Source: Verrucomicrobiota bacterium (GTDB lineage: Bacteria > Verrucomicrobiota > Verrucomicrobiia > Limisphaerales > DSYF01). From it: a stretch of 64,000 bases of DNA. The position numbers and the translations under genes were made by a program. The stretch lies in the NCBI GenBank assembly GCA_041181065.1, contig JBEGQI010000022.1, forward strand, positions 2,863 through 66,862, written 5' to 3'. This document shows positions 38,482 to 47,587 of this stretch, one piece after another. The stretch's first letter is position 1; every line of letters begins with the position of its first letter. The notes beneath the pieces are model-generated. The model saw nothing but the letters and a program-made list of their open reading frames with translations, was not told the origin of the DNA and ran no database searches.

Positions 38482-40488
38482 TCAATGCGGGCGCATCAGT
38501 CGGAAGAACTGCTGACCGTCGTCGGGCAGCGCAACGGTCTGTCCGCGCTCAAAGAAAAGCGGGGCGTTGGTGGCGAGAGCCCACGGACCGTTTGCTGAGG
38601 GCGATGACTCCAGGAAGAAGCCGTCCAGCTCCAGCGGCCACGACAACGCGACGTCGTTGGCTTGAGCTGGCTGGATGTTCAATCGCGCGGCCGTTGGCAG
38701 GATGGTGATGCGGACTGGCCGGCTCCATGTGCGGGCGCCCTTCGCGTCGAACGCGCGCGCTGAGAAGGTGTATTCACCCACCGGAAGGTTCGTCAGCGTG
38801 ATTGTGTAAGGCGGATTTGTGGCGCCGCCGAGGCCGTTGTTAAAACTGCCCGAGTAGAACAGCACTTGGGAGATTCCATCGGCGTCGCTGGCGTTCGCGC
38901 TGAGTGTGATGTCCGTGGGCGACGTGAAAACTTTTCCGTCCAGCGGGCTGGTGATCGTGACGGACGAAGGCGTGTTGGTGGATTGATTGACGTAAAGATT
39001 CACGAACACAGGCGCGGACGTCGCCTTGTTGTCAGTCACGGCAAACGTGAACGCATCGAGGCCGGCGAAGTTGTTGCTCGGGGTGTAGGTCACGTCCGGC
39101 GGTGTGCCCGAGAGCGAGCCGTGCGCCGGCGGATTCACGATCTGAAAGTCCAGCGCATCACTATCGGCGTCGTGGGCGGTGAGCGTGAGGTTGGTAGGCG
39201 CATTTTCGAACAGCGTCATGTTCTGCGGCAACGCAACGGGCGGACGGTTCGTGACGGGCGGTGGCGTGGTGTCGAAAGTGTAGATCGCGCCCGCCGTGCC
39301 GATGAAGACGACGTTGCTCAACGCCATGATGCAATCGCCCGGCCCAAAAGCGTTCGTGATGCCGGGCGCGAACGGGAAATCGAGCCCGCTGCCCTGATTG
39401 AACTGCGTCCAGTGGTGACCGTCGGTCTGCCGATACACGCCGCCCTGCAAAAGATAATTCTGCTTCAGGAAAATGAACGCCTCACCTGCCGGCGTGTTCA
39501 CGATGCGCCCGCCGCCGAGGTTCGTGGCGAGTCCGCTGCTGGCGTTGAAGATCAAGCCGTCGCGCGGCCGCCAGCCGATGAGCGGGACGTTGCCCCAGAT
39601 GTTTTGTGCAGGGCTTGCCACAGTGAGTCCGTTGCCGCAGATGAAATTTCCGTAGCGGTCGAGGCCTGCGACGCGTGCATCGCCGATGCGCCCGAGCGGG
39701 TTCACGCTGTTCGGATCGGTGAAATTCGGGTCGAGGCTCGTCCACGATGCGCCGCCATTCGTCGAGTGCAGATAGCCGCCCGTCTCCGTGCCGATGACGA
39801 CTTCGTTGTTCCAGCCCGCGCAGATGGAGAAGATTTCGCCGAAGCCGGAGATGTTGCTCGTGAGCGGGATGGGAAAATAATTCGTCGGCACACGCGCGTT
39901 GATGTCGATGGCGGTGTAACTTCGCCCGCCGTCGGTGCTGTGATAGACGTAGGGAAAAAATCCCGAGCCGGTCCAGAGCGAGCCGTCCGGCGCGATGGAG
40001 AAATTGCAGACGTTGCCGGTGTAGGGATAAGTCTTGCCCGAGATGGTCGCGGGTTGCCAGAGCTGGTTGGTTTCGTCCCACCAATAGATTACGGGAAGCG
40101 TGTTCGCCGCGCCGCCGGGCGGATTGAACGTGAGCGTGTTCGTGATGATGTTGAACGGGCTGCCTGCGATGACGAGCGTGCCTTGCGGCGTGACGGCGAT
40201 GTCCGTAAGCGCGAGAAGATTGGTAGTGCTGCCGTTGGTCCAGAGCGGGAAGCCGGTCATCGGCAGCGCGGTGAAATTGTGATCGGCGAACGAAGCGCGG
40301 AAGACGCCGTCGAGGATGGTCGAGTAGTAGAGGTTCGTGCCGTCCGATGCGAGGCGTGGACCGAAGGCGCCGAACTGAAGGTTCTGGTTGTTCAAGCTGC
40401 CCCAAGACGACCAGCCATCCGCATGACCCGCGGCGGCCATCAGGCAAATGGCCAGGACCACGGCATACTTCCTGGCAGTGATGAACAT
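38482..40488 (-). CDS. Secreted BNR/Asp-box beta-propeller protein with two Ig-like domains and the C-terminal FYR-type domain
   Basis: The ATG at 40488 gives MFITARKYAVVLAICLMAAAGHA. Asp-boxes STDGGRSYT and STNGGASWT. Cadherin-like LTAHDADSDALDFQIVNPPAHGSL and Ig-like ITSPLDGKVFTSPTDITLSANASDADGISQV. The C-terminus reads ...FFLESSPSANGPWAL...QQFFRLMRPH. Confidence 0.75.
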   Translation of the reverse strand: MFITARKYAVVLAICLMAAAGHADGWSSWGSLNNQNLQFGAFGPRLASDGTNLYYSTILDGVFRASFADHNFTALPMTGFPLWTNGSTTNLLALTDIAVTPQGTLVIAGSPFNIITNTLTFNPPGGAANTLPVIYWWDETNQLWQPATISGKTYPYTGNVCNFSIAPDGSLWTGSGFFPYVYHSTDGGRSYTAIDINARVPTNYFPIPLTSNISGFGEIFSICAGWNNEVVIGTETGGYLHSTNGGASWTSLDPNFTDPNSVNPLGRIGDARVAGLDRYGNFICGNGLTVASPAQNIWGNVPLIGWRPRDGLIFNASSGLATNLGGGRIVNTPAGEAFIFLKQNYLLQGGVYRQTDGHHWTQFNQGSGLDFPFAPGITNAFGPGDCIMALSNVVFIGTAGAIYTFDTTPPPVTNRPPVALPQNMTLFENAPTNLTLTAHDADSDALDFQIVNPPAHGSLSGTPPDVTYTPSNNFAGLDAFTFAVTDNKATSAPVFVNLYVNQSTNTPSSVTITSPLDGKVFTSPTDITLSANASDADGISQVLFYSGSFNNGLGGATNPPYTITLTNLPVGEYTFSARAFDAKGARTWSRPVRITILPTAARLNIQPAQANDVALSWPLELDGFFLESSPSANGPWALATNAPLFFERGQTVALPDDGQQFFRLMRPH

Positions 40489-40656
40489 TGGGAAAATGAT
40501 AATGCGAACTGCGGCGCGCTTCACGCACTTCCGCTCGCGGCGTTGCGGGCGCAAGCTAACGGGGCGGCGGCGGCGCTCACAATACGCCGAACGGCGTATC
40601 CGTGATTCGCGTGCGGGCGCTTAAAGTGATTGCGTGGCCAACGCCCTGCCTGTCGA

Positions 40657-42381
40657 ATGAGTCTCATGCCGGAAATTTCTCCCCGCCCTGCGCGCGGTCG
40701 CTGGATCGCGACGCTCGTGCTGGCACTGTCGCTGGCCGCGACGGTGTTCGCGTGGTGGCGTGAGAGCGAGCTACAGCAACGCAACCAGCAGCTGCGCTGG
40801 CAGGAAAGTTACGCGCCAGTCGGCAACATGCTCCGGGAACTCCTGATGGTGCGCTTCGAAGTGCTGCACGACCAGACGCGGGCGGCGTTGCGGCGCGGCA
40901 ACTTCACGGCTGCCGCGTGGCAGGAGTTCGCCGACCAATCCGAGTGGCGGCAGCATTTTCCCGGCATCAGCGAGATCGGCTACGCGGAATTCGACGGCGA
41001 GAAGTGCTACGTCAAATTCATCTCCACCGCGGGCGGTGCGGCGCTGCACCCCGCTGGTTTTGATCTGACGCGCGACCCGGCCATTCGTGAAGCCGCCCTC
41101 AAATCGCGCGATGCTGGCTACGGAATTCCGTCGCGGCCGATCAATACTGGTGACACGAACGCCGCGATGCTGGTGGTTTGCTTTCTGACCGTCCAACGCA
41201 TCGACGCGCGTCCCGGAACGGTCGATGAGAACCGGCAAAATTTGCGCGGGCTGGTCTTCTTCGCGCTGGATCAGCGGGAATATTTCGGCGCCGTCGCCAA
41301 AGAAATGCGGAGCAGCCCGTTCGAGTTCCGGCTGCTGCGGCCCGACGAGCCGGCTATCGTCAAGACACCGACGCAACGCACCATCACCAACGGGGGGATG
41401 ACGGGCGAATGGCGTTTTGCGGTCACCTTGAAGGCCGCGCCCGCCGCTGGCACGCCGTGGCTGGTGCTGGTGCTCGGTCTGGGCTTGAGCGGCTTGCTGT
41501 TCTGGCTCGTGTCAGTGCAGGCGCGGTTGCGAGCTGAGGCAGAGGCGGCGCGCGAAAAGGCGGTGGCACAGGAGGCGGAAATCCTGGCGTTGAACCGCGA
41601 GCTCGAACAGAAAGTCGCGCAGCGCACGTTGCAACTGAATGAGGCGCTTGCGGAGGAACGGGAGTTGAACCAGCTCAAAAGCAACTTCATCGCGATGGTC
41701 TCGCACGAGATTCGCACGCCGCTCGCGCTCATCCTCAGCTCGGCGGAGATATTGTCGCGCTATCTCGACAGGCTCGCGCCCGAGAAGCGCGCGCGGCATC
41801 TCGAACAGATCAACGAATCAGTCGAGCGGATGAGTTCGTTGATGGAGGATGTGTTGCTGTTCAGCAAGGCTGAGGCGGGGCGCATGGAGTTCAATCCTGC
41901 GTCACTCCAACTCACTGAATTCCTGCCGCAGCTCGTGGACGAGATGAGCTCCACGACCGCGCGGCGTTGTCCCATCGAACTCGAACTCGGCCCGTCGCTC
42001 GCTGAGGCGCGGGGCGATGAAGCGTTGTTGCGCCACATCCTCAGCAACCTATTGAGCAACGCCGTGAAATATTCCGCCGCCGGTGAAGCGGTGAAGTTGC
42101 GCGTGCGCCGCGAGGCTGGCGAAGCGGTGTTTGAGGTGATTGATCGCGGCATCGGCATTTCAGAAGCGGACCGCGAAAAACTTTTCCGTCCATTCCATCG
42201 AGGCGCGAACGCAAAGCACATCGCGGGAACGGGCCTTGGCTTGGTCATTGTGCGTCGTTGCGTGGAGAGGCACGGCGGAAGTTTTGACATCCAGAGCCGC
42301 GAGAACGCGGGCACAACTGCAACGGTGCGGTTGCCGATGTTTTCGCCGGCGCACACGGAGTTCGTCAAAAAGTTCAACTAA
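40657..42381 (+). CDS. Sensor histidine kinase (extracytoplasmic sensor domain, HisKA + HATPase_c)
   Basis: The ATG at 40657. TM, about 230-aa periplasmic domain (possibly CHASE-like), TM, coiled coil. H-box FIAMVSHEIRTPL, N-box LLSNAVKYS, G-boxes DRGIGI and GTGLGL. Confidence 0.85.
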   Translation: MSLMPEISPRPARGRWIATLVLALSLAATVFAWWRESELQQRNQQLRWQESYAPVGNMLRELLMVRFEVLHDQTRAALRRGNFTAAAWQEFADQSEWRQHFPGISEIGYAEFDGEKCYVKFISTAGGAALHPAGFDLTRDPAIREAALKSRDAGYGIPSRPINTGDTNAAMLVVCFLTVQRIDARPGTVDENRQNLRGLVFFALDQREYFGAVAKEMRSSPFEFRLLRPDEPAIVKTPTQRTITNGGMTGEWRFAVTLKAAPAAGTPWLVLVLGLGLSGLLFWLVSVQARLRAEAEAAREKAVAQEAEILALNRELEQKVAQRTLQLNEALAEERELNQLKSNFIAMVSHEIRTPLALILSSAEILSRYLDRLAPEKRARHLEQINESVERMSSLMEDVLLFSKAEAGRMEFNPASLQLTEFLPQLVDEMSSTTARRCPIELELGPSLAEARGDEALLRHILSNLLSNAVKYSAAGEAVKLRVRREAGEAVFEVIDRGIGISEADREKLFRPFHRGANAKHIAGTGLGLVIVRRCVERHGGSFDIQSRENAGTTATVRLPMFSPAHTEFVKKFN

Positions 42382-42387
42382 GCTGCC

Positions 42388-43005
42388 ATGCCGAAGATCC
42401 TCATCATTGAAGACGAACCGAGCATCCGCGAGAACCTCGTGGAAATTCTCGAGCTCGAAGGTCACGAGCCGTTCGCGGCGGCGGATGGCATTGCGGGCCG
42501 CGAGCTAGCGCGCCAGGCAAAACCGGACTTGATCCTGTGCGACGTGATGATGCCGGGCCTGGATGGTTACGCCGTGTTGAAGTCGCTCCGGGCCGACGAG
42601 CAAACAGCGCGAATCCCGTTCATCTTTCTTACCGCGCGCGGCGAACGCGCTGATGTGCGTGCCGGGATGAACCTGGGCGCAGACGATTATCTCATCAAGC
42701 CGGTGCGTGTGGATGAATTGCTTGGAGCCATCGAAGCGCGGCTTGAACGCGCGCAGCAGCACGCTGGCTTCAAGGCGGATTTCAGCTCCGCCGCCCCGCT
42801 GGAGGCGCTTGGTTTATCAGCGCGCGAAGCGGAGATCCTGCTTTGGGTGGCGCAGGGAAAATCGAACAGCGAAACAGGCGTCATCCTTCACATCAGCGCC
42901 GCGACGGTGAAGAAGCACCTCGAACACATCTACGAGAAGCTCGGCGTCGAAGGCCGCAACGGGGCGACGCTCCGCGCGGTGGAGTTGCTCTCGTCGCGCA
43001 GTTGA
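42388..43005 (+). CDS. Response regulator, REC + LuxR/NarL-type HTH
   Basis: ILIIEDEP...DLILCDVMMPGLDG (phospho-Asp), DDYLIKP, and a C-terminal LSAREAEILLWVAQGKSNSETGVILHISAATVKKHLEHIYEKLGV. Confidence 0.9.
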   Translation: MPKILIIEDEPSIRENLVEILELEGHEPFAAADGIAGRELARQAKPDLILCDVMMPGLDGYAVLKSLRADEQTARIPFIFLTARGERADVRAGMNLGADDYLIKPVRVDELLGAIEARLERAQQHAGFKADFSSAAPLEALGLSAREAEILLWVAQGKSNSETGVILHISAATVKKHLEHIYEKLGVEGRNGATLRAVELLSSRS

Positions 43006-43008
43006 TGG

Positions 43009-44124
43009 CTAATCGCCCGTGCTGTTGCGGAGGAACATCTTCCCCGGCAACTGGCGGATGAGCTTCTTCATTTCGAGGCTGAACAACGCCACGCTCGTGG
43101 CGGACGCGGGCAAGCCGCACTTGCGGATGACTTCGTCGATGCTCAATTCCTCCTTGCCGAGCACGTCGTAAACTTTCTGCTCGTTCTCGGATAGTTCCAA
43201 CGCGGGCAGCAAGCCGGTCTCGCTGGCCGAAGGCGGACGGTTGCTGCCGGGAAAGAGATATTCGAACTCGCTGAGGATGTCCTCGACGCCTTCGCAGAGC
43301 TTCGCGCCTTTCTTGATGAGGTCGTGGCAACCCTTGCTACGCGGTGAATCGATGCGCCCGGGCACGGCGAAGACTTGGCGGCCGTATTCGGTCGCGAAGT
43401 TCGCGGTGATCAAGGAGCCGCTGGTCATGTTGGCTTCAACGACGACAGTGCCGAGCGTCATGCCGGCGACGATGCGGTTGCGGATGGCGAAGGATTGGCG
43501 GTCGCCGTTGCGATTGAATGGGAACTGCGAGATGACGGCGCCGTTCGCGGCGATGCGCTCGAACAACTCGGCGTTCTCCGGCGGGAACACGACGTTGATC
43601 GCCGTGCCGAGGACCGCGATGGTGCGCCCTTTGCCACTCAACGCGCCTTGATGCGCCGCGGTATCAATCCCGCGCGCGCCACCGCTCACAACGGTGACGC
43701 CGGTGTAAGCAAGCTGGTAACCGAGCTTGCGCGCCGTCTCGATGCCGTAGTGCGTTGTCTGCCGCGAACCGACGATGGCCACGGAATTCTTGTCGCGCTC
43801 GGTTAGCGCGCCCTTCACGTAGAGAATGACCGGTGGGTCATAGATTTCGCGGAGCGAGGCCGGGTATTCCAGATCTTCCTGTGTTACGACGTGGCAGCCG
43901 TAATCCGCGATGCGCTTCAACTCGGCGGCGAGGTCCACGGACTTTTCCCAATCGCAGATGGCGCTGGCGGTTTCCTCGCCGATGCCACGAACGGCAAGGA
44001 GTTGTTGCTTGGATGCTTTTAAGATGGAAGGGGCGTCGCCGAAAAATTCCAACAACTGACGGACACGGATCGGCCCAACTCCTTCAACGAGATTCAACGC
44101 CACCAGTGCTTCACGTGACTCCAT
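43009..44124 (-). CDS. dprA: DNA-processing protein DprA
   Basis: Rossmann-like core VAIVGSRQTTHYG...VVSGGARGIDTAAHQGAL and a C-terminal winged-helix-like tail. The ATG at 44124 is preferred over the upstream ATG at 44190 that opens the track ORF. Confidence 0.82.
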   Translation of the reverse strand: MESREALVALNLVEGVGPIRVRQLLEFFGDAPSILKASKQQLLAVRGIGEETASAICDWEKSVDLAAELKRIADYGCHVVTQEDLEYPASLREIYDPPVILYVKGALTERDKNSVAIVGSRQTTHYGIETARKLGYQLAYTGVTVVSGGARGIDTAAHQGALSGKGRTIAVLGTAINVVFPPENAELFERIAANGAVISQFPFNRNGDRQSFAIRNRIVAGMTLGTVVVEANMTSGSLITANFATEYGRQVFAVPGRIDSPRSKGCHDLIKKGAKLCEGVEDILSEFEYLFPGSNRPPSASETGLLPALELSENEQKVYDVLGKEELSIDEVIRKCGLPASATSVALFSLEMKKLIRQLPGKMFLRNSTGD

Positions 44125-44208
44125 GCGTCCAGAGTAGGGAGCGCGCGCAGCCGGGCAAGCCTGAGATTTACGCTCGCCTGCCATTGGCACGGCTGGAAAA
44201 CTGCGCCC

Positions 44209-46038
44209 ATGAACTCTTGCCGCAGAATTCTGCGTCTCTGTGCGTTAGTCGCCGTCAGCTTACTCGGGGCGATGGGTTGTGCCGCGCAGCCTGGCAAACC
44301 CGATGTTGCCGACTGCTATCTCATGGCCACGTTCCGCAACAACGGCGAGGACGGCCTGCACCTGCAGTGGAGCACGAACGCCTTCAATTGGCAGACGCTG
44401 GGTGATGATCGTTCCTACCTCGCGCCGACTGTGGGTGAGAGCAAGTTGATGCGCGATCCGTGTCTGATTCAAGGGCCCGACGGCACGTTCCATCTCGTGT
44501 GGACGACTTCTTGGACGGGCAAGACCATCGGCTACGCGAGCTCAAAAGATCTCGTGAAGTGGACCGAGCCGGTAGCCATTCCGGTGATGGCGGACGTGCC
44601 GAATTGCAAACTCTGTTGGGCGCCCGAGATCCGCTACGACGCGCGGAACAACAACTATCTCATCTACTGGTCGTCGAGTTTGACGGACGAGAAGCCGGAG
44701 TATTGGCGCACCTACGCCTGCACGACGACGGACTTCAAGACGTTCACGAAGGCGAAATTGTTCTTCGATCCCGGTCACAGCCAGATCGACGGGAGCATTC
44801 TCGAAGCGGACGGAAAATTCCTGCTGTTCTACAAACACTCGTGGCAGGGCAACCGTTTCGCGACGGCGGACAAGCTCGAAGGCCCTTACACCAACTCGTC
44901 GCCGATGTTTTCGGACGAAGGTTGGGAAGGCGGCTGGCCGATGCGCTTCAGCGATGGCTACCTCCTTTACCTCGACCACTTCCGCAGCCGCGACCGCATG
45001 GGGCTGTGGTATTCCAAAGATCTCACAAGCTGGAGCAACATCACGTCGCAGGCGACGTTCCCGCGCGGGACGTTGCATTGCAGCGTGCTCAAGGTGAAGC
45101 GCGCGTTGCTGGAGCCGTTGATCTCACAAGCCGAGCGCGATCGCGCCATCACGCCGCCCAAGCCCATCCTCGAAGGTCACACCGCCGATCCGCATGTGTC
45201 GGTGTTTGACGACACGTATTACATCTACCCGACCTCGGACAAAGACGAGTGGAAGACGACGGACTTTTCCGCGTGGTCGTCGAAGGATCTGGTTCACTGG
45301 AAGAACGAAGGCGTGATCCTCGACGTCACGAAGGATTTGAAATGGGCGAATCTCCGTGCGTGGGCGCCCGCCATGATCCGCCGCGACGGCAACTACTTCT
45401 TCTACTTCTGCGCAGACGCGAAGATTGGGGTCGCGACGAACAACGCGCCGACGGGCCGCTTCAAAGACGCGCTCGATCGTCCGCTCATCACGTCGAGCAA
45501 AGAGTATCCCGGGCAGGCGATCGATCCGTTCGCGATGATTGACGACGACGGCCAAGCTTACCTCTATTACGGTCAGGGAAATCTTTACGCCTACAAACTC
45601 AAGCCTGACATGATCACGCTCGACGGCCCGCCGGCGAAGTTGACGCCGCGCCGCTTCAACGAAGGCGTTTGGGTCTTCAAGCGCAACGGGCTTTACTACT
45701 TCATGTGGTCGGAGAACGACGCGCGCGATGTGCGTTATCAAGTCGCTTACGGCACATCGAAATCGCCGCTCGGACCGATTGAAGTGCCGCCCGACAACGT
45801 CGTGTTGCGCCAGCGAGGGCAAGCCGTCGGCACCGGGCATCATGCGGTCGTCAACGTGCCGGGCACGGACCGCTGGTATATCATCTATCACCGCCACGCG
45901 ATCCCGAACGGCAACGGCTACACGCGCCAGACCTGTATCACGCGGATGGAGTTCGCGCCCGACGGCCGCATCAAGAAAGCCGACCCGCTGGAAGTAACGT
46001 TCCCGGAGGGTTCAAAAGGCGAGCCGATCAAGCGTTAA
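44209..46038 (+). CDS. Secreted/lipoprotein enzyme with two tandem GH43-type five-bladed propeller domains
   Basis: Signal plus possible lipobox LLGAMGC. First domain: MRDPCLIQGPDGTFHLVWT...CWAPEI. Second domain: HTADPHVSVFDDTYYIYPTSD...AWAPAMIRRDGNYFFYF...AIDPFAMIDDDGQAYLYYG...NEGVWVFKRNGLYYFMWSEND. Confidence 0.85.
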   Translation: MNSCRRILRLCALVAVSLLGAMGCAAQPGKPDVADCYLMATFRNNGEDGLHLQWSTNAFNWQTLGDDRSYLAPTVGESKLMRDPCLIQGPDGTFHLVWTTSWTGKTIGYASSKDLVKWTEPVAIPVMADVPNCKLCWAPEIRYDARNNNYLIYWSSSLTDEKPEYWRTYACTTTDFKTFTKAKLFFDPGHSQIDGSILEADGKFLLFYKHSWQGNRFATADKLEGPYTNSSPMFSDEGWEGGWPMRFSDGYLLYLDHFRSRDRMGLWYSKDLTSWSNITSQATFPRGTLHCSVLKVKRALLEPLISQAERDRAITPPKPILEGHTADPHVSVFDDTYYIYPTSDKDEWKTTDFSAWSSKDLVHWKNEGVILDVTKDLKWANLRAWAPAMIRRDGNYFFYFCADAKIGVATNNAPTGRFKDALDRPLITSSKEYPGQAIDPFAMIDDDGQAYLYYGQGNLYAYKLKPDMITLDGPPAKLTPRRFNEGVWVFKRNGLYYFMWSENDARDVRYQVAYGTSKSPLGPIEVPPDNVVLRQRGQAVGTGHHAVVNVPGTDRWYIIYHRHAIPNGNGYTRQTCITRMEFAPDGRIKKADPLEVTFPEGSKGEPIKR

Positions 46039-47474
46039 TCGCCACCCCCGCCGCACCCCCCGCAACCGCCGCCACACCCTCCCCCGCAACTGCTCCCGCA
46101 CGAGCTGCCGCAGCTGCTGGACGAGCCGGGTGGAAGCAGTTCCTTTCGCAGCCCTTCCCAGGGCGTGCCATCCAACGCGGTCAGACCAAAAAGGCCGACA
46201 CCCATCGTGAAGAGCACGGGGTCTATCGCTGAGCTGCCCAACGAACCTTTGAGCGTGGCATGCTGGGCTTGCAGCCGGGCGAGGACGTCATCGCCCAAGT
46301 GCGAGCGGAGCGGTCGCCGCGCAAAGGCGATCAAGCTGATCACGAAAGAGATGACGCACAGGAAAACCAGAATGCTCACCGGCTTGTCGCGCTGGATTCC
46401 GATAATAATTTTGATGACGCCGATCACCACGGCACTGAGTGATATCAAGAGCGGCAGCGCAATCGCCTTGGCGGCCTGAGCATTGCTGACTACGAGGCCC
46501 AGCGCCTTCAATCGATCAGCGATATCACCCACCACGGTTTTCGCTGCGAGCCGGACCTCCCCGATCTTCTCACCGCCAGAGCGGGAAGCCGCTGCACAAA
46601 GCACCCGCTCCAACTCACTCGTCTTGCTCGGCGGCACGGAGCCGGAAACGACTTTCTTCTCGCCGACTTCCAGGCGCAGAACTTTTTGGCGGATCAGGTT
46701 CGTTAGCGCGGTGTTGACCGCGAGGATCCGCCCGCCGTTCAAGTAAGCCAAGTCGTAGGGGGAAAGATCAGCATCGTTGAAACCGTCTGCTTGGGAAGGC
46801 TGGCGCATGCGCGAGCGCAACCACAGGCCCAGACTGAAGCACGCCATAAACAAAATGCCGTAGAACCACAGGAAGTCCGGCCCCCGCCAGTTGAACGGAT
46901 TCGCGCCGTTCGCAAACATCGCTGCCGAGCAGCACAGCAACAGTGTCATCAGGCCAAGCGAGCCTGCGAGTTCGCGCTTGATTCGCCAGGTCGGTTTGCG
47001 GAAGACCCAGTGTTGTTCGCGATCTACGCGGACGAAATATTGCCGGATTTTCTGCCGCGCCTCAGGCGTGGGCCAGATGTCCATCGGAGGTTTTTCTCCA
47101 AAGAACTGTTCGTAGCTTTGTAGCGTGCGCGCATACCAATCGTTGAACTTCGCGTGTTCCTCCGCGCCGCCCTTGGTGGGTTGGTGATGGAACGGTTGCC
47201 GGAGAACTTCCGGGCAGAACACGCGCCAGTAGTTCTGCGAGTAGGTCAGATGCAGGTGCCACGCTTGATCGACGTCCTCGGAGGGCGAGACCGGATGTCC
47301 GGCAGCCACGGCGAGGAAGGCGAAGCGTTTGTATTCGTCAATGACGCGGCGGGCATAAGCCGGTGACCACTGGTTCTCTTTCGCCAGTCGGCTGGAGAAG
47401 GGGAAGGTGGAGTCCGGTGAGTCGAGGTCGAATTCATTCAACCGCTGCAAGAGTTCGGCGTGCTCAAGTTTCAT
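46035..47474 (-). CDS. TIGR04222-like membrane protein with an N-terminal glycine-rich-domain-protein (DUF1399-like) module and a C-terminal Cys/Gly tail
   Basis: N-terminus FPFSSRLAKENQWSPAYARRVIDEYKRF...VDQAWHLHLTYSQNYW, several TM helices, and tail GSSSSCGSSCGSSCGGGCGGGCGGCGGGGD. Its stop overlaps the GH43 gene stop on the other strand (TTAA at 46035-46038). Confidence 0.7.
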   Translation of the reverse strand: MKLEHAELLQRLNEFDLDSPDSTFPFSSRLAKENQWSPAYARRVIDEYKRFAFLAVAAGHPVSPSEDVDQAWHLHLTYSQNYWRVFCPEVLRQPFHHQPTKGGAEEHAKFNDWYARTLQSYEQFFGEKPPMDIWPTPEARQKIRQYFVRVDREQHWVFRKPTWRIKRELAGSLGLMTLLLCCSAAMFANGANPFNWRGPDFLWFYGILFMACFSLGLWLRSRMRQPSQADGFNDADLSPYDLAYLNGGRILAVNTALTNLIRQKVLRLEVGEKKVVSGSVPPSKTSELERVLCAAASRSGGEKIGEVRLAAKTVVGDIADRLKALGLVVSNAQAAKAIALPLLISLSAVVIGVIKIIIGIQRDKPVSILVFLCVISFVISLIAFARRPLRSHLGDDVLARLQAQHATLKGSLGSSAIDPVLFTMGVGLFGLTALDGTPWEGLRKELLPPGSSSSCGSSCGSSCGGGCGGGCGGCGGGGD

Positions 47475-47587
47475 ACGTTTCTCCTGTCACCGGCATCGTG
47501 GCAAAAGTGCGTCCAACCTTCTTCTACAAAGTCGGTGCCGGTTTCTATGGCCGTAACTCAAACGTAACAATATGCCGAGCGAATCCG

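Noticed and set aside
38866-40605. A 579-aa plus-strand ORF
   Set aside because: It is antisense to the BNR/Ig-like secreted protein, which has a signal peptide, Asp-boxes and the shared C-terminal domain. Its composition is dominated by R/A/G/D/E, typical of reverse-frame ORFs in GC-rich DNA.
44185-44204. A TGGCAC sequence upstream of the GH43 gene as a sigma-54 (-24/-12) promoter
   Set aside because: The required GC element at the -12 position (TTGC, 5 nt after TGGCAC) is absent; the sequence is ggctggaaaactgc.
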